A DNA stretch of 64,000 nucleotides, from assembly GCA_964016885.1 (NCBI GenBank), contig OZ024751.1, forward strand, positions 39,184,001 through 39,248,000. Reading direction: 5' to 3'. The notes under the pieces were generated by a model that saw nothing but the letters and a program-made list of their open reading frames with translations, had not been told where the DNA came from and searched no databases. The translations under genes and the position numbers were made by a program. Shown in pieces: positions 1-15,448 of this stretch (position 1 is the stretch's first letter; every line of letters begins with the position of its first letter). This DNA comes from Eledone cirrhosa (Eukaryota).

Positions 1-126
1 ATATGGTTTTATAAATATAGTTTCCATTTATTTAATATCGTAAATATACTCCAAATACTTGTTGAGTGCTTTTATATCAGTTATAAATATTTACTAGTTG
101 TAACCCAACAATTTAAATATAACTTT

Positions 127-182
<56 letters not shown>

Positions 183-391
183 TGAGTTGGTTTTCTCGTT
201 GCTTCGGTCCATGTGGCTGGCTCACCGGTCGCAATGTTCAATTTGTCAAGCTTTCTAACGTATGTTATTACTCTAAGGTGACAATACCTTTTCGAGTGTT
301 TTGCTGCACATTCCGGATTTCATATCGTTAGCATGGCCACAGCCAGAGCTTCGATTTTACTGAACATCCATTTGTATATATATCTATCTAT

Positions 392-549
392 CTAAGGCGG
401 GTAAAATTCCCGAGATCCATGGACGAGTTCTCTCCAGCGGTCTCTGTCCCTCATTATCGCTGCCATATCCTGCATCTCCAACAGACCAGTGTCTGTCCTT
501 AGGGCATCAACATATGTTAACCTTGGTCTTCCTCTTCTAGTGTGTCCAT
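392..549 (-). mobile_element. RTE-clade LINE 3' end (5'-truncated), copy 1
   Basis: The minus strand translates as GHTRRGRPRLTYVDALRTDTGLLEMQDMAAIMRDRDRWRELVHGSREFYPP*, the typical RTE ORF C-terminus (RGRP..TY.D....D....DR..WR). The stop is followed by a TA/TAGA microsatellite. Four substitutions separate it from 39881-40038. Confidence 0.85.
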
Positions 550-1085
550 ATATTTACATAGCTAATTATGTAGTTAGCTAACTAGCTATTAATCTCGGTA
601 TGACTGTGCGTACATGCACTATCTGAACATCTGCTGAATGCCTGCAGGAATTACGCAGTTAAAAGAGAGAACCAATGATTTAGTTCAAACACTTCTAATC
701 GTTCTACCCCTAAAGTTACCCTATGAATAATGTGTGAGCTGTGTGAAATCAGACTTTGTGTGAGATCTTAAAAGCCTGTTTTAAGGCCCAATATATATTT
801 AAGCAACACGCTAAACTTATGATGTAGTAGAAATTTAGAATCTTAATTAGAAACTCTTCTTCAATATTTCCAATAAACGTCAGCTACTTCCGTGGTTTAT
901 CTAACACAATCAAAAATAAAGACAACAACAACAATGACAGCAATAACAAGATGGTTTATGTTGCTGACTTAACATTTCTCGGTATAATTCTACTATCTTT
1001 AAGATCATTTTCCCCTGAAAGTTTTCTCTTTATTCTTTCATTTCTAGACTTTGCTATCTCCATGGATTCACTCGGATTTTTTTTT

Positions 1086-1163
<78 letters not shown>

Positions 1164-1628
1164 TTCCTTCTCACTCGTTCACTTTCTATCTTTCTCTACC
1201 TCTCTATCTCTCTCTCTATTTTACCCTCTCTCTCTACCTCTCTATCTCTCCCTCTTTATATCTCTCTATCTCTCTTTATCTCTATCCCTCTCTCTCTATC
1301 TCTCTCCATCTTTCTCTCGGCCTAAAGCTATGCACTTCAAAGTGCAGTGTTCAAGAACCTGTCTGATAGAATTGGCAATGTTTTGATGCTAAATTAATAA
1401 TTTACGCTTCATTATTGCATCAATCTACGATGGGTTTATTAGTGTTGGATCAGAGCCAATCTCTAAGAAAATTAACTTGATGAAAATTTACAATAATAAA
1501 TAGGGTTTTAATCAAATGAGTTTGGTTCAATACACAGAGTGACCCCCTCCAAAATAGATAGCACTCAATGCTTGTTTCTAAACATTGATGGAAATATAGA
1601 TATCGATAGTCAGACTCACGCACACACA

Positions 1629-1669
<41 letters not shown>

Positions 1670-1776
1670 GCACACACACACACACACACACAAGCACACA
1701 CACATAGATATCCAGGGAAAGGTTAACTTTTTTAACATTCATGTATGAGAAACATAATTACATTTAAAAATTCCGA

Positions 1777-1818
<42 letters not shown>

Positions 1819-1862
1819 ATGTATGTGTGTGTATACATAGTATACGAAAATTAAAGATGCAA

Positions 1863-1894
<32 letters not shown>

Positions 1895-2051
1895 TTGCAT
1901 TCCCACACATTCAGACATGTAACAATTCTATTTGAAAACACATCTTTAATTTTACACACATATATGAATTTTACGTACATATATATATATACGTATGCAT
2001 ATATTGTATGTATGTACGCATAACAGCACATTGATTCTAAGTAAATGTATA

Positions 2052-2175
<124 letters not shown>

Positions 2176-2511
2176 TTCATCGGGGACTTATGGTCGTATA
2201 GATACGGTAATATCTTAATTCTTCACAACTGACCTGTTTTGGGACAACGCTTTTTCTAACTGATTGATTCTATGCATGCAGGACATGGTTTTTATTTTTT
2301 ACAAAAGCCACAGTGGAAGACTGTTGTGGCAATGGGGTCTACCATACATGTCTTAGTCTTGGATCAACAGCCTCTTAAATGTATGAATTTTCAAATTATT
2401 TGTTTCCTGTAAGGACAGCAGACCTCCAATTGGTAACGCTTTAGCATTTTGGCAAACTCCGCTATAAGCCATGAGATTATGTCAAAGTGAAATCTGCGAA
2501 TATAATTCTCT

Positions 2512-2690
2512 ATATATTATACATGTAGATTATATTATACATCATGTAGATTATATTATACATCATGTAGATTATATTATGCATGTAGATTATATTATAC
2601 ATCATGTAGATTATATTATACGTGTAGATTATATTATACATGTAGATTATATTAAACATCTAGATTATATTAAACATCTAGATTATAACG
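2512..2690. repeat. 18/21-bp minisatellite (catgtagattatattata[cat])
   Basis: About 9 tandem units read directly; produces the HVDYII pseudo-ORF. Confidence 0.9.
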
Positions 2691-2739
2691 TAGAAGAAGC
2701 CTTACATTAGAATGTAAAGAGTCAAGTTGGTGTGATATG

Positions 2740-2852
2740 TAGAAGAAGAAGAAGAAGAAGAAGAAGAAGAAGAAGAAGAAGAAGAAGAAGAAGAAGAAGA
2801 AGAAGAAGAAGAAGAAGAAGAAGAAGAAGAAGAAGAAGAAGAAGAAGAAGAA
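2740..2852. repeat. (GAA)n microsatellite; others at about 19020-19097, 55835-55920 and 62210-62295
   Basis: Read directly. Confidence 0.95.
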
Positions 2853-2986
2853 TGCCTGTCTTATTTTCAGTATATTATTTGTCCTCGTTGCTGTGGGTAA
2901 ATAGATAGATGTGCAAGTACACGACGAAGGAGAAGATTCTGATGGATGTAGATTTGAACAAGGAAAAATTCCATGTTTTATATAAC

Positions 2987-3037
<51 letters not shown>

Positions 3038-3539
3038 AGAGATAAGTGAGAATGGAGTGAAATGTGTGCAGTGAAGCGTATCAGACGTGGATTGACAACA
3101 ATATATTATTATTTTCTATGCTGATGGAATAGACTCAGAGAATTTCTTTTTAAAATAATTTTACTCATTTCATCGCAAAAATCACTCGTGTTGAAATATT
3201 TTTAAGGTTAAAAAACATAAATCAATAAGTTTTTTATATATATATATTTCTGTGTGTTTTATATATTTTATTTATTTTATATATTTTAATTTACGTTTGT
3301 TACGTGTTTATAAAAGTTGTCTGTTTCCAAGGTAAACGCAAATCTACACATATTTGGTAAGTTTCGAATCAATCACCGCTATTGGGGGATATAAACAGAT
3401 TTTTCTTCACATCCGTTTGACAGCTATATAGACAGAATAGAATTATTTGTTTAGTTGGTTGCTTTCGTTTCTTGAACTTGTTGTTGATGTTGTTTGTTGC
3501 TGTGTGTGTGAGTATGTGTGTGTCTGTGTATATGCGCGC

Positions 3540-3570
<31 letters not shown>

Positions 3571-4528
3571 TCTATATGTGATTGTGTGTTTTCTTGTTAG
3601 TCTGCAAAGAAAATCTTAATGAATTACTGTGAATTCTAGACATTTTAATAGCAAATTCAATACAAAACAAGACAAAAACAAAAACGGAATGATAAAGAAA
3701 TAAAGGAGATGTAAATATGTCGTTGTTTAGTTGTATTAAGATTGTCTATCGTTAGCTACAAGTCAGCTTTTTATGCCACAGATAAACACACATACTCTTT
3801 TCTTGTAGTCTTAATTGCTACACTTTTATGACCTTGAAATGTCTCTGCTACAAACATCATTCCTCTCTTTGCTTGTGTAAATTCGTCTTTAATCACTGGT
3901 CAGAGGTTTTAAAGTCGACAAATACCTCCGTGTATATTATCTAAGTTGAAATCTATCATTAAATAATAGGCCATTCAGCTTAAGAAACACAACTCATTTA
4001 GAATATTACTCTCAGCTGTATCAACAACTGAATAGGAATGGGTCCAATTAATGGCCACTATCATTCATTAAGGCCGAGATACTTTTCTCACTTTTATTTA
4101 AACCTAGAAAGAAATTAATTAATTTCTTAGAAAATATATAACAGTTTAAGACACAATGTTTAGAATGTAACAGATTTGGGAATAATAAATTACATTTCTT
4201 CTACTGTAGTTCCACTATAGATAATTATTTACTATACTCGTGCACATAGTTATACGAGCAATCATGTATATATATTCTGTTAGAAAGTGATTTATTCTGA
4301 CAACTAACCTTATCTTGTTTGTTATAATCAACACGTTTTGTTCGATGTACCCATTACATTTGTCAGGTACCTGTGGTTTTCGGAAATGTTCTAGGAATTT
4401 CCAACAAAACCCTTTAATCAAGCCAGGGGATAGACTGTTCCCCTTCTGTTGTCCATTCTCATTATATCTTCCTACTAGTTAATTACAGACTTGCGGTATC
4501 ATTTTCTTCAACTTACAATAATTCTATA

Positions 4529-4986
4529 CAAAGGCTGGCTGAAAAGTTCATAGGATGACTATGAAGGAGTGATGTTAGTGCTGTGAAATGTTGCGTGCAC
4601 TAATTTCAACTCTTATTAATAACTGCATTGTTTATTTTTATGGACTATGTTGAAGAATAAACCTCTTTGGTCATTCTATGAGAGTATCTTGGTCATAGGC
4701 TGACTATGAAGGAGCGATGCTAGTGTTGTGAAATTTTGCATGCTTTAATTTCAAATAACTGCATTGCTTTCCTCCAGGGACTCTGTTGAAAATTAAAGTT
4801 AAATGCCTGGGCTAAACACTGTGAAGGAATGATGCTAAAGCTGTGAAATCTTGCATGCATTAATTACAACTCTTATCATCAATAACTGAATTGTTTCTTT
4901 CCAGAGACTATGCTGAAAAATAAACCTCATTTGGTCATTCCATTGTAGGATCTTGGTCAGCCTATGAAATGTTAAGCTGACCCTCA
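4529..4986. mobile_element. Tc1/mariner-type MITE with internal triplication
   Basis: Imperfect TIRs (about cgagggtcggctgaaaagttcataggctgac) flanked by TA. The internal block ctatgaaggagtgatgctagtgctgtgaaat occurs three times. Homologous to 32247-32444 in opposite orientation. Confidence 0.7.
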
Positions 4987-5587
4987 TATATAGATATAAA
5001 TTGATATACCAGCACATATATTGAACTCACGACCAGAAGGTAAGCTGACACTCTTAAATCTTAAACAACAATTATATTGCCACGTCGCGTATGATTTGAA
5101 AGTTTTATGCAGTATATTTCATTAGAAATATGGAAACGAAAGGGTTAAAATAGACTTTCAATGTTATGTTTCTTGGAATCTTTTTAAGAAATGTAGAATT
5201 CTATCAAATTAGAATCTATATGTTGCCTATGAATTAATTTCATTACGACATATTCATCTAAATTGATATTTCTCTAGTCTAGAATTTTCTCATGTAAGGT
5301 CTGGTTTGGCATTAACTACCCGTCTATTCTTGGAAGAGGAAATCCAACATAATTCTCTAGAGTGTTGAAAGTGTCAAAATGAAGTGAAGGAAAAGAAGTA
5401 TTCGTATTTGCAATGAAATTATATTTCCAAAGAGCGATGAAATAATATTTCATTTTGATATTTCATATGAATGAAGTGAATACAAAATTTAAATCGTGTG
5501 TTTTTCACGTCTGCTGAAGAAGCAGCATCTCATAAATATATTGTTGTTGTTGCTGTTGTTGTTGTTTTATTACTAAAATCATTATTA

Positions 5588-5825
5588 GGATTGGTAGAAT
5601 TGTTAGAGCGTCAGACAAAATGTTTTCCGGTATTTTTCCCGGATCATTATGTTGTGAGTTCAAATCCCACCGAAGGTGGTCCTTATATATATATTTCCCA
5701 CTCTACTACCCTAAGTATTGAGTAGTCTGGTTCGTTATGGTCCATCTGGTTCCTTACCACAATTCCTTTGTTATATATATATATATAAAACCAATAAAAA
5801 GTAATCTGTTAAAATCCGGGGACAA
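5588..5825 (+). mobile_element. Degenerate tRNA-headed SINE interrupted by TA runs and a family-A tail
   Basis: The head ttggtagaattgttagagcgtcagac and B box gagttcaaatccc lie upstream of 5680. SINE-like aataaaaagta resumes after about 5790. Confidence 0.55.
5694..5772 (+). mobile_element. Family A TA-embedded element, tail-only fragment
   Basis: cccactctactaccctaagtattgagtag...ggttccttaccacaattcctttgt is homologous to 34765-34841 and is flanked by TA runs on both sides. Confidence 0.8.
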
Positions 5826-6082
5826 ATGATGATAGTGATACTCAGTACCGGCAACAATTAGCCATGCCACTATAAGTTGCACTATAAATGGCACTATAAG
5901 CTATTTAACCAATATGGTTCAAACATTTAACGTGTGATACTTTGAAAATGAGGCTTCAATTATTAAAAAATAGAAAGAATACTTGGTTGAATCAATACTT
6001 CATAATTTAGCTGGTATGAATATAATCAAATACATGTTTAAAAAAACAACAACAACAACAACATCTACAACAACCACTACCA

Positions 6083-6275
6083 CGTCTGTTAAAATAGCAA
6101 CAGCCACAACGTCTGCTAAAATAGCAACAGCCACAACGTCTGTTAAAATAGCAACAGCCACAACGTCTGCTAAAATAGCAACAGCCACAACGTCTGCTAA
6201 CATAGCGACAGCCACAACGTCTGCTAAAATAGCAACAGCCACAACGTCTGCTAACATAGCGACAGCCACAACGTC
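6083..6275. repeat. 27-bp minisatellite (aatagcaacagccacaacgtctgctaa), about 7 units
   Basis: Read directly; gives the KIATATTSA pseudo-ORF. Confidence 0.9.
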
Positions 6276-6689
6276 ATGTCTATATCTTCTCGTTTGGAGA
6301 AATGTATTTCAATTATTCTTCATAAGTACAAACAACCTATTATTAAGATCTTAGAGAAGGCCTGATAGGTTATCTAATTACAAACAGCTGAGAAGTTGAC
6401 TTATGTTACTGTTCTGTTTGTTTTATCTATGTAAACGTATTATCAAGGTTTTAGCGGATTAAGAGACGATGATGAGACTTAAATAACTTTGAAATGTGTC
6501 GAGTAGTTTTGAGGAGAAAAATCACTAAATTACTTGGTGAAAGTATTTCAGAAAAAGCTGAAGCCACTATGTTGATAAAAGACTAACTCAGAGATGCAGT
6601 CTGTGTGTTTTGTGTCTAACGAGAACTATTTAAAGAATCGCAGTCACATGAATTTCTAGATAAACAAATACAGAGTTGAAAATACTGTC

Positions 6690-6736
<47 letters not shown>

Positions 6737-6826
6737 TACAGTATATATATATATATAGATGTAAACACACATACACACATATATATATGTGTGTGTGTGT
6801 GGGGGTGTGTGTGTGTGTGTGTGTGT

Positions 6827-6921
<95 letters not shown>

Positions 6922-8299
6922 AGTGTGTGAATACATACATATATATATATAGTGTGTGTGTATGCTTATATATATGTATGTATATAAGTATGTGTATGAT
7001 TGTGTATAATTATGTATATGTGTGTATTTGGATAAGCTTAACTTTCGAAAACCACTTAACTATTTTAATCCTTACTACTAACGCATTTCAAATGAAGGTG
7101 AGTAAGAAACATCATCTCTAACTCTAGGATATTTCTCCAAATCAACCTCATCATATATTGAAGTTCTAACTGAACAATACGTTCGACCAATGGATTTGAA
7201 GGGAGCAGTAAAAATATTAACTCAAGTGAAAGGGAGATTTAAATATTGTTTTGTTTTCTTGTTCTAAATTACACAACTCACGTAATTTCTGTTTCACAGT
7301 GAACACATTCGATACCAACTATTGTTCTTGGTTAGTCATGAACTATTTGCTAAATATTCAACACTGAATGATATAAAAACACTCCGGAAGAAAGAGCTAT
7401 CGTCACAATGGCGGGAAAATGAAGAGAAAGTCAGAGACGAATAAATAAGAGAATGTGAGAAAGAGAGAGAGAGAGTGAGAGAGAGTGGGGTGATTATGTT
7501 GGTTGCAAATACAAAGAGTCGACAGAAGAAGGTGACATCTTAGAAGACAATCTCTTTGGTAGTTTCTAACAAAAACAAAAAAAAATGTTTTAACGACATC
7601 TTTACCAAATTACCAAATCTACAGACTAATAACTCAATAAATCGCTGTGAATTAATTAGTTACAGTTCTTCAGGTTCTAGGTTCAAATCCTGCGATTGTT
7701 GATTTCATAATGTAACAGTGAATAAGCGAAGAATTTATTTCATATTCGTATAATTTCTTCCATGTAGTATTCGAAAAATTACGACGTGTTGAACGGACAG
7801 TTGGTGGTTCACCAGAGGAAGAATTCCCACCAAAAATGTGTTTCGAGCCTTGATTCCTCTTGAAAATTTATGGGCGCGGGGCGAAATCGAACCCATACCG
7901 TGACTCCTCGGTGTCCACCTGTTCTTCTTTTCCTTCAATATGCTATGAACCCGTGATCTTCCGGAGATTTTGTTACCCATTCCTGACTACGATGACTACG
8001 GGCTGACATATATTTAACTGCAATCTCGTATGTTGTTTTTTTTTTACGTAGATTTATTTGGATGGTTACAGCTTGTAACTTAATGTTACTATAATGGGAG
8101 ACGATCTATTAACGCGTTAGTTTTCTGACTGCAATGCCATTGATCTAGCTACAGATATTTCATAAATTATATTATAAGCTCATTAATTAACCAAATGTAA
8201 ATTTATTACCGCATATTAAAAAAAATACATTTGCATTGTTAAGATATATTTGTTCATATGTAACTTCTAATGCTTCGATCAAACTTCAAGATTCCAATG

Positions 8300-8333
<34 letters not shown>

Positions 8334-8974
8334 CATTAAATATTACTTACATACATACATATATATGTATATATGTATATATATATATATATGTGTGTGT
8401 GAGTGTGTGTGTTTGTGTGAGAGAGAATGTGTATGTGTCTTTATTTATTTATTTCCTATTCATTTTATTTCATTTTTTTCTTCAATACCATGATGTGTTT
8501 TCTGGTTAGGATTTGTTTTGTTTTTTTGTTTTTTTTTGTTTGTTTTTTTTTTGGGGGGGGGGGATATCTGAAACGAAATGTTGAGGAATCTGGTGAGGTT
8601 CGTGTACTTTTATAGGAAATTTCAACAACAAACAGGGAACATATTTTTTTAGAATTCTCTGTCTTTATAGTAAACGCTAAGGGCAATTAAAGGAAATATT
8701 ACCTGCCTGATGGTCTAAATCTAACGACATGCCATACCTGACTAATGCTTCATTAAAATAAACATATTTTGTTAAAGCATTTGTTTTATTTTCGTATTAG
8801 TTTTTCATTATTTTTTTTGTTATTATTTCAATTCCCCACCCCAACCTCGCCATCTTGTTGGAAATTTCTCTTAAGTGTAATTGCTGAAGGCAGATTCTAT
8901 TCTCATATAGTGATATTTTTCTTCTCTGGCGTAGCATGTGTCATTCCTATGAGCAACTATTTGTTACCATACAT

Positions 8975-9545
<571 letters not shown>

Positions 9546-9609
9546 ATAGTCAGAGTCAGAGAGAGAGTGAGACAAAGAGACAGAGAAATAGAGAGAAATA
9601 GAGAGATCA

Positions 9610-9659
<50 letters not shown>

Positions 9660-10155
9660 ACGTGCCTATGTGTATAATTGCCTGCAGGATTCATCGCATC
9701 TACAAAACAGCGTTTAGTTAACTCCAGTAATGAGTATTTAAGTAGCTGAAAGCGATATGTCTTCCATTGAACTTGGCCCCACGTAAGAGCAGGTAATTTT
9801 CACCGAATATTTTGTCCTCTACCATTATTTTTCTGCATGCCAGGGCATGGGTTTGACAGAGATGTTATACCTTCGGACATATATTGAGTATAGCTTCGGT
9901 CCCTGTTACATCAAAATTGTAAACTAAGATATCATATATATTTATTGTGCTGTGTTGTCTGCTTTGTTGTTTCCGTTTACTTCTCGCACAAATATACAAA
10001 TATACAAATATACAAACGCGCACACACACATATGTATACATATATTTAAATATATAATATGCATACACATCCAAACACATCCACCCTCACAGACACACAT
10101 ATATATATCTATATACATATGCATATATATATATATATACATATGCGTATGTGTG

Positions 10156-10234
<79 letters not shown>

Positions 10235-10741
10235 GTGTGTGTGTGTGTGTGCGTGTGTGTGTGCGTGTGTGTGTAAGCAACTATATATGTATCTACATGT
10301 TTGCAAACATCACCTGTATGTTTCTAATATATATATTCACATCCACTTTCCTGTGTGTATTGTTGTATATGCGTACGTACGCGTGTATCTGTGTGTTCGT
10401 GTGTGTGTATGTAGGTGTACATTTGTGTATGTGTCGTATAATAAGATTTGTTCTGCTTGTGTGAGTAAGCTATATAATTATGTGCATGACTGCCCACATA
10501 TGTCTATGAATTTATCGAAATAGATGACGTAATATTATGTACCTGGCTGCTTTATTCGTTTAATTTACCATTCACCTGCCTCCGGCGATAGATGAATTAC
10601 AATGAACAACTACATTTCCCCAGGTAATTTACCTGCACTCTACAATGGTGAAATTCCGTTTGTTAATCATGAAATCTATTTTTACCAATAACTAGGAAAT
10701 CAGAAATATTCATTGTAAAATAATTATAGAAATAAAAAAAA

Positions 10742-11845
10742 CATAAAATCTATATCTCGTCATTTACATCTTGTCTTAGAAATATTACATATTGTTACAT
10801 TCTATATACAGAATAGACTTGTATATAAGTCGCACCTTTACCATAAAATCTATATCTCGTCATTTACATCTTGTCTTAGAAATATTACATATTGTTACAT
10901 TCTATATACAGAATAGACTTGTATATAAGTCGCACCTTTACCATAAAATCTATATCTCGTCATTTACATCTTGTCTTAGAAATATTACATATTGTTACAT
11001 TCTATATACAGAATAGACTTGTATATAAGTCGCACCTTTACCATAAAATCTATATCTCGTCATTTACATCTTGTCTTAGAAATATTACATATTGTTACAT
11101 TCTATATACAGAATAGACTTGTATATAAGTCGCACCTTTACCATAAAATCTATATCTCGTCATTTACATTTTGTCTTAGAAATATTACATATTGTTACAT
11201 TCTATATACAGAATAGACTTGTATATAAGTCGCACCTTTACCATAAAATCTATATCTCGTCATTTACATCTTGTCTTAGAAATATTACATATTGTTACAT
11301 TCTATATACAGAATAGACTTGTATATAAGTCGCACCTTTACCATAAAATCTATATCTCGTCATTTACATCTTGTCTTAGAAATATTACATATTGTTACAT
11401 TCTATATACAGAATAGACTTGTATATAAGTCGCACCTTTACCATAAAATCTATATCTCATCATTTACATCTTGTCTTAGAAATATTACATATTGTTACAT
11501 TCTATATACAGAATAGACTTGTATATAAGTCGCACCTTTACCATAAAATCTATATCTCATCATTTACATTTTGTCTTAGAAATATTACATATTGTTACAT
11601 TCTATATACAGAATAGACTTGTATATAAGTCGCACCTTTGCCATAAAATCTATATCTATCTCATCATTTACATTTTGTCTTAAAAATATTACATATTGTT
11701 ACATTCCATATACAGAATAGGTTTGCATATAAGTCGCAACTTTGCCATAAAATCTCCATTTCGTCATTTACATTGTTTTTAAAATATTACATATTGTTAC
11801 ATTCTATATACAGAAGAGCCTTGCATATAAGACGCACCTTTACCA
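10742..11845. repeat. 100-bp tandem satellite, about 11 units
   Basis: The unit cataaaatctatatctcgtc...gtatataagtcgcacctttac recurs every 100 bp. The first nine units are nearly identical and the last two are diverged. Confidence 0.97.
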
Positions 11846-12497
11846 GCGAGCATGTACGTGAACACACAGTATAAGATTTATCTTGTCGACCAACTGAAGT
11901 ACGTAGGTTCAATATATTTGGAAGAAAATTTATATAAGTCGTGTAAATATATCTGTAAGTAACAACAACAATAACAACTTTAATCAAAGTAAAAACAACA
12001 ACAACAACAACAGTAATCAAAGAAAAAAAAAACAACGCCCACAAGAGAAACAGTAAAAACACGCCACGGGCAGCAATTCTTCCTGAAGAGACATACCGAA
12101 ACATCTCGAAAAAATCTCACAAATTTGTCTTTATTACGATATATGCTCACGTGAAAAGAACTATAGAAGATTGAATGAGAGGGCGCCACTGGTCAGATTA
12201 AGTTATATAAAATGGCTGTTTTACTGTGTTTGGTCTTTTAGATTCGTAATAGACAAAGTTAATAGAAAGGCAGATATACGCAGCTAGGTTTGACTTTTAT
12301 CGATGCAAGCAAATTTGATGGTGTCCTTTTGAAAGGCAACAATAAACTTTGCTTCTTCTTGTTCTCGATTCACACAACTTTACTCTAACTATTCTAGTCA
12401 TATCCAACATAATAACTTTCGGGCCTTTATAGTGACATATATGGATATATGCATTCAACCGTGTATATAATATGATTATATACACTATCTATCTACA

Positions 12498-12528
<31 letters not shown>

Positions 12529-12546
12529 CTATCTATCTATCTATTC

Positions 12547-12616
<70 letters not shown>

Positions 12617-12712
12617 TCATCTATCTATCTTTCTATCAATCTCTCTGTCTACATATATATCTATCCAACTCTCTCTCTGTCAATATATATATATATATAT
12701 ATGTATATATAA

Positions 12713-12748
<36 letters not shown>

Positions 12749-12825
12749 CTGTAGACATATACATATATATATATTTAGCATCTGCCTGTTTATCTGTCTG
12801 TCTGTCTCTATATGCATGTATATAT

Positions 12826-12905
<80 letters not shown>

Positions 12906-13248
12906 TATGTGTGTGTGTGAATGTGTATAGGTATGTGTGTGCAGGTGAATGTGTACATTCTTGAATGCATTTAAGAATCACTTTTGAGGCAGATATATAA
13001 AAATATACCATTAACCATTTGCCGTCTGTAATGTCGGTGGTGGATATTTTGATATGAATGGAAGACAGAAGATACGTAAATGTAAGTATCCTAGTATCAC
13101 ACACACCCACATATACATATACATACACACACACATACACAAACACAGCTCAGACAAACACATACCCATTCACTGTATTCGATCAGTGACACAAACATAC
13201 ACGGAAATAATCGTTCTCACACGTACATGAAAATAACAATCACATACA

Positions 13249-13312
<64 letters not shown>

Positions 13313-13377
13313 TGTGTGTGTGTTAATATAATATAATATATATGTGTGCATATATATATTTGTGTATAAATATTTGC

Positions 13378-13464
<87 letters not shown>

Positions 13465-13866
13465 TATACATAGATATGTATATATACATATAGGTATATA
13501 TATATACATATAGGTATATATACATGTAGCACATGTATGTGAATGAATCTAACAGAGCGTCTAATACATATATTCACAATAGTTTTCTATAATGTTTTGT
13601 CTGCTTTTAAGACGTGTGAATGTAAGAATGGAAGAATGTACGAATGTAAGAATGTAAGAATGGCTTGACTACCTTTACCTATATATGTGAATATCTATAG
13701 GTGCAGAGGTGTGTACGTTTGCGTATGTGTGAGTGTGTATGTGTGTAAGTTTGTGTATGTGTGAGTGTGTGATTGTTTACAATAGTTTATTATATGAGGG
13801 TCAGGCTAATAACGTCAGTAAATTTGCTTACATACACACAACCTTTGAATATACATACACATACAC

Positions 13867-13963
<97 letters not shown>

Positions 13964-14019
13964 TATATATGTATATATGTATGTATATATATATATATAT
14001 ACAAATATATATATATATG

Positions 14020-14165
<146 letters not shown>

Positions 14166-15036
14166 CATACATATATATATATATACATATACATACATAT
14201 ATATATACATACATATACATATATACATATATGTATGTATGTATATATAAATGTATGTATATATATATATATACATACATACATGTGATTAAAAATAACA
14301 CGCAGTTACATAAAACCATAGACACATACACACATCATCATCATCATATATATATCGTACTTGTATACATATTCTTATTCACCCCATCAACCCACTGTGC
14401 ACATAACACAGGTGTAATGCGGCTTTGTGTGAAAGTAAAACCAATGCTTCAATGAATCGCTATGAACATTTTCCGCTGACCATTTTCTTCACCTTTCGTT
14501 TTGACTCCTCACTTCAACTTTTCAAGAAAAATATTGCTTTAGCAAACAACCCATAAATGCTGTAGAACAGACATATAATAGACCTCTTGCATCTGATGTC
14601 TATTTTGATGCTAAGCTGACCCTTCAGATCAGCTTATCTGCTAGCCATTCGCCATTTATGCTTTCGCATTAAAAACAGTTTCATGACGACAGCCATAATA
14701 CAGCGAAATAAGAAGCAAATCATAGCGCTGCTGTTTCATACTCAGCACGCCAGGAAAACATATTAAAACCGCCATATTGTTCAGCTTAGCATTAAGCTAT
14801 CGCATCTATCCTAGCTTTTAATTGTTCTCGCTGTTCATCTCTCTTCTTTCTCACTCTGTTCGTCTGTCTTCTTCTCTTCTCTATGTCATTCCTTCCTACT
14901 ACAGCAGTTATTGTGTCTTGTAACATTATAAAACATCTTTGCAACAACACTTGCCATTTACTGATGTGTTTTATACAAATTCACAACCAAGCCAAGGAAC
15001 ATCTTTGACTGTATGTATATATATACATATATATAC

Positions 15037-15067
<31 letters not shown>

Positions 15068-15448
15068 AAGAGAGAGAGAGAGAGACATATATATATATAT
15101 GTGTGTGTGTGAGTGTGTATAGGTATGAATATATATATATACATATATATAGAGAGAGAGGGAGAGAGATAGACAAAGAGAGATAGATAGATACACATAT
15201 ATATATGTGTGTATGTATATATGTATGAATATATATATATATACGTGATGGTTGTACAGGTGGTGATGGTGATGGCGGTGGTGGCGGGACAGTATTGGTG
15301 ATAGTGGTGGTGGTAGTGTTGGTGATATATGATAAAGAGGCTGTCAATGAAGATGATGATGATGATGATGATATTGTTGGTTCTATTGTTTGTCGCAACA
15401 TCATTTATTGCTGAGATGTGACCACTTTTGATAAGCTATCTCACACAC

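Noticed and set aside
10742-11845. Regular repeats as a possible CRISPR array or repeated 74-aa gene
   Set aside because: The units are identical end to end with no unique spacers, the context is eukaryotic, and the ORFs are phase artefacts of a 100-bp period.
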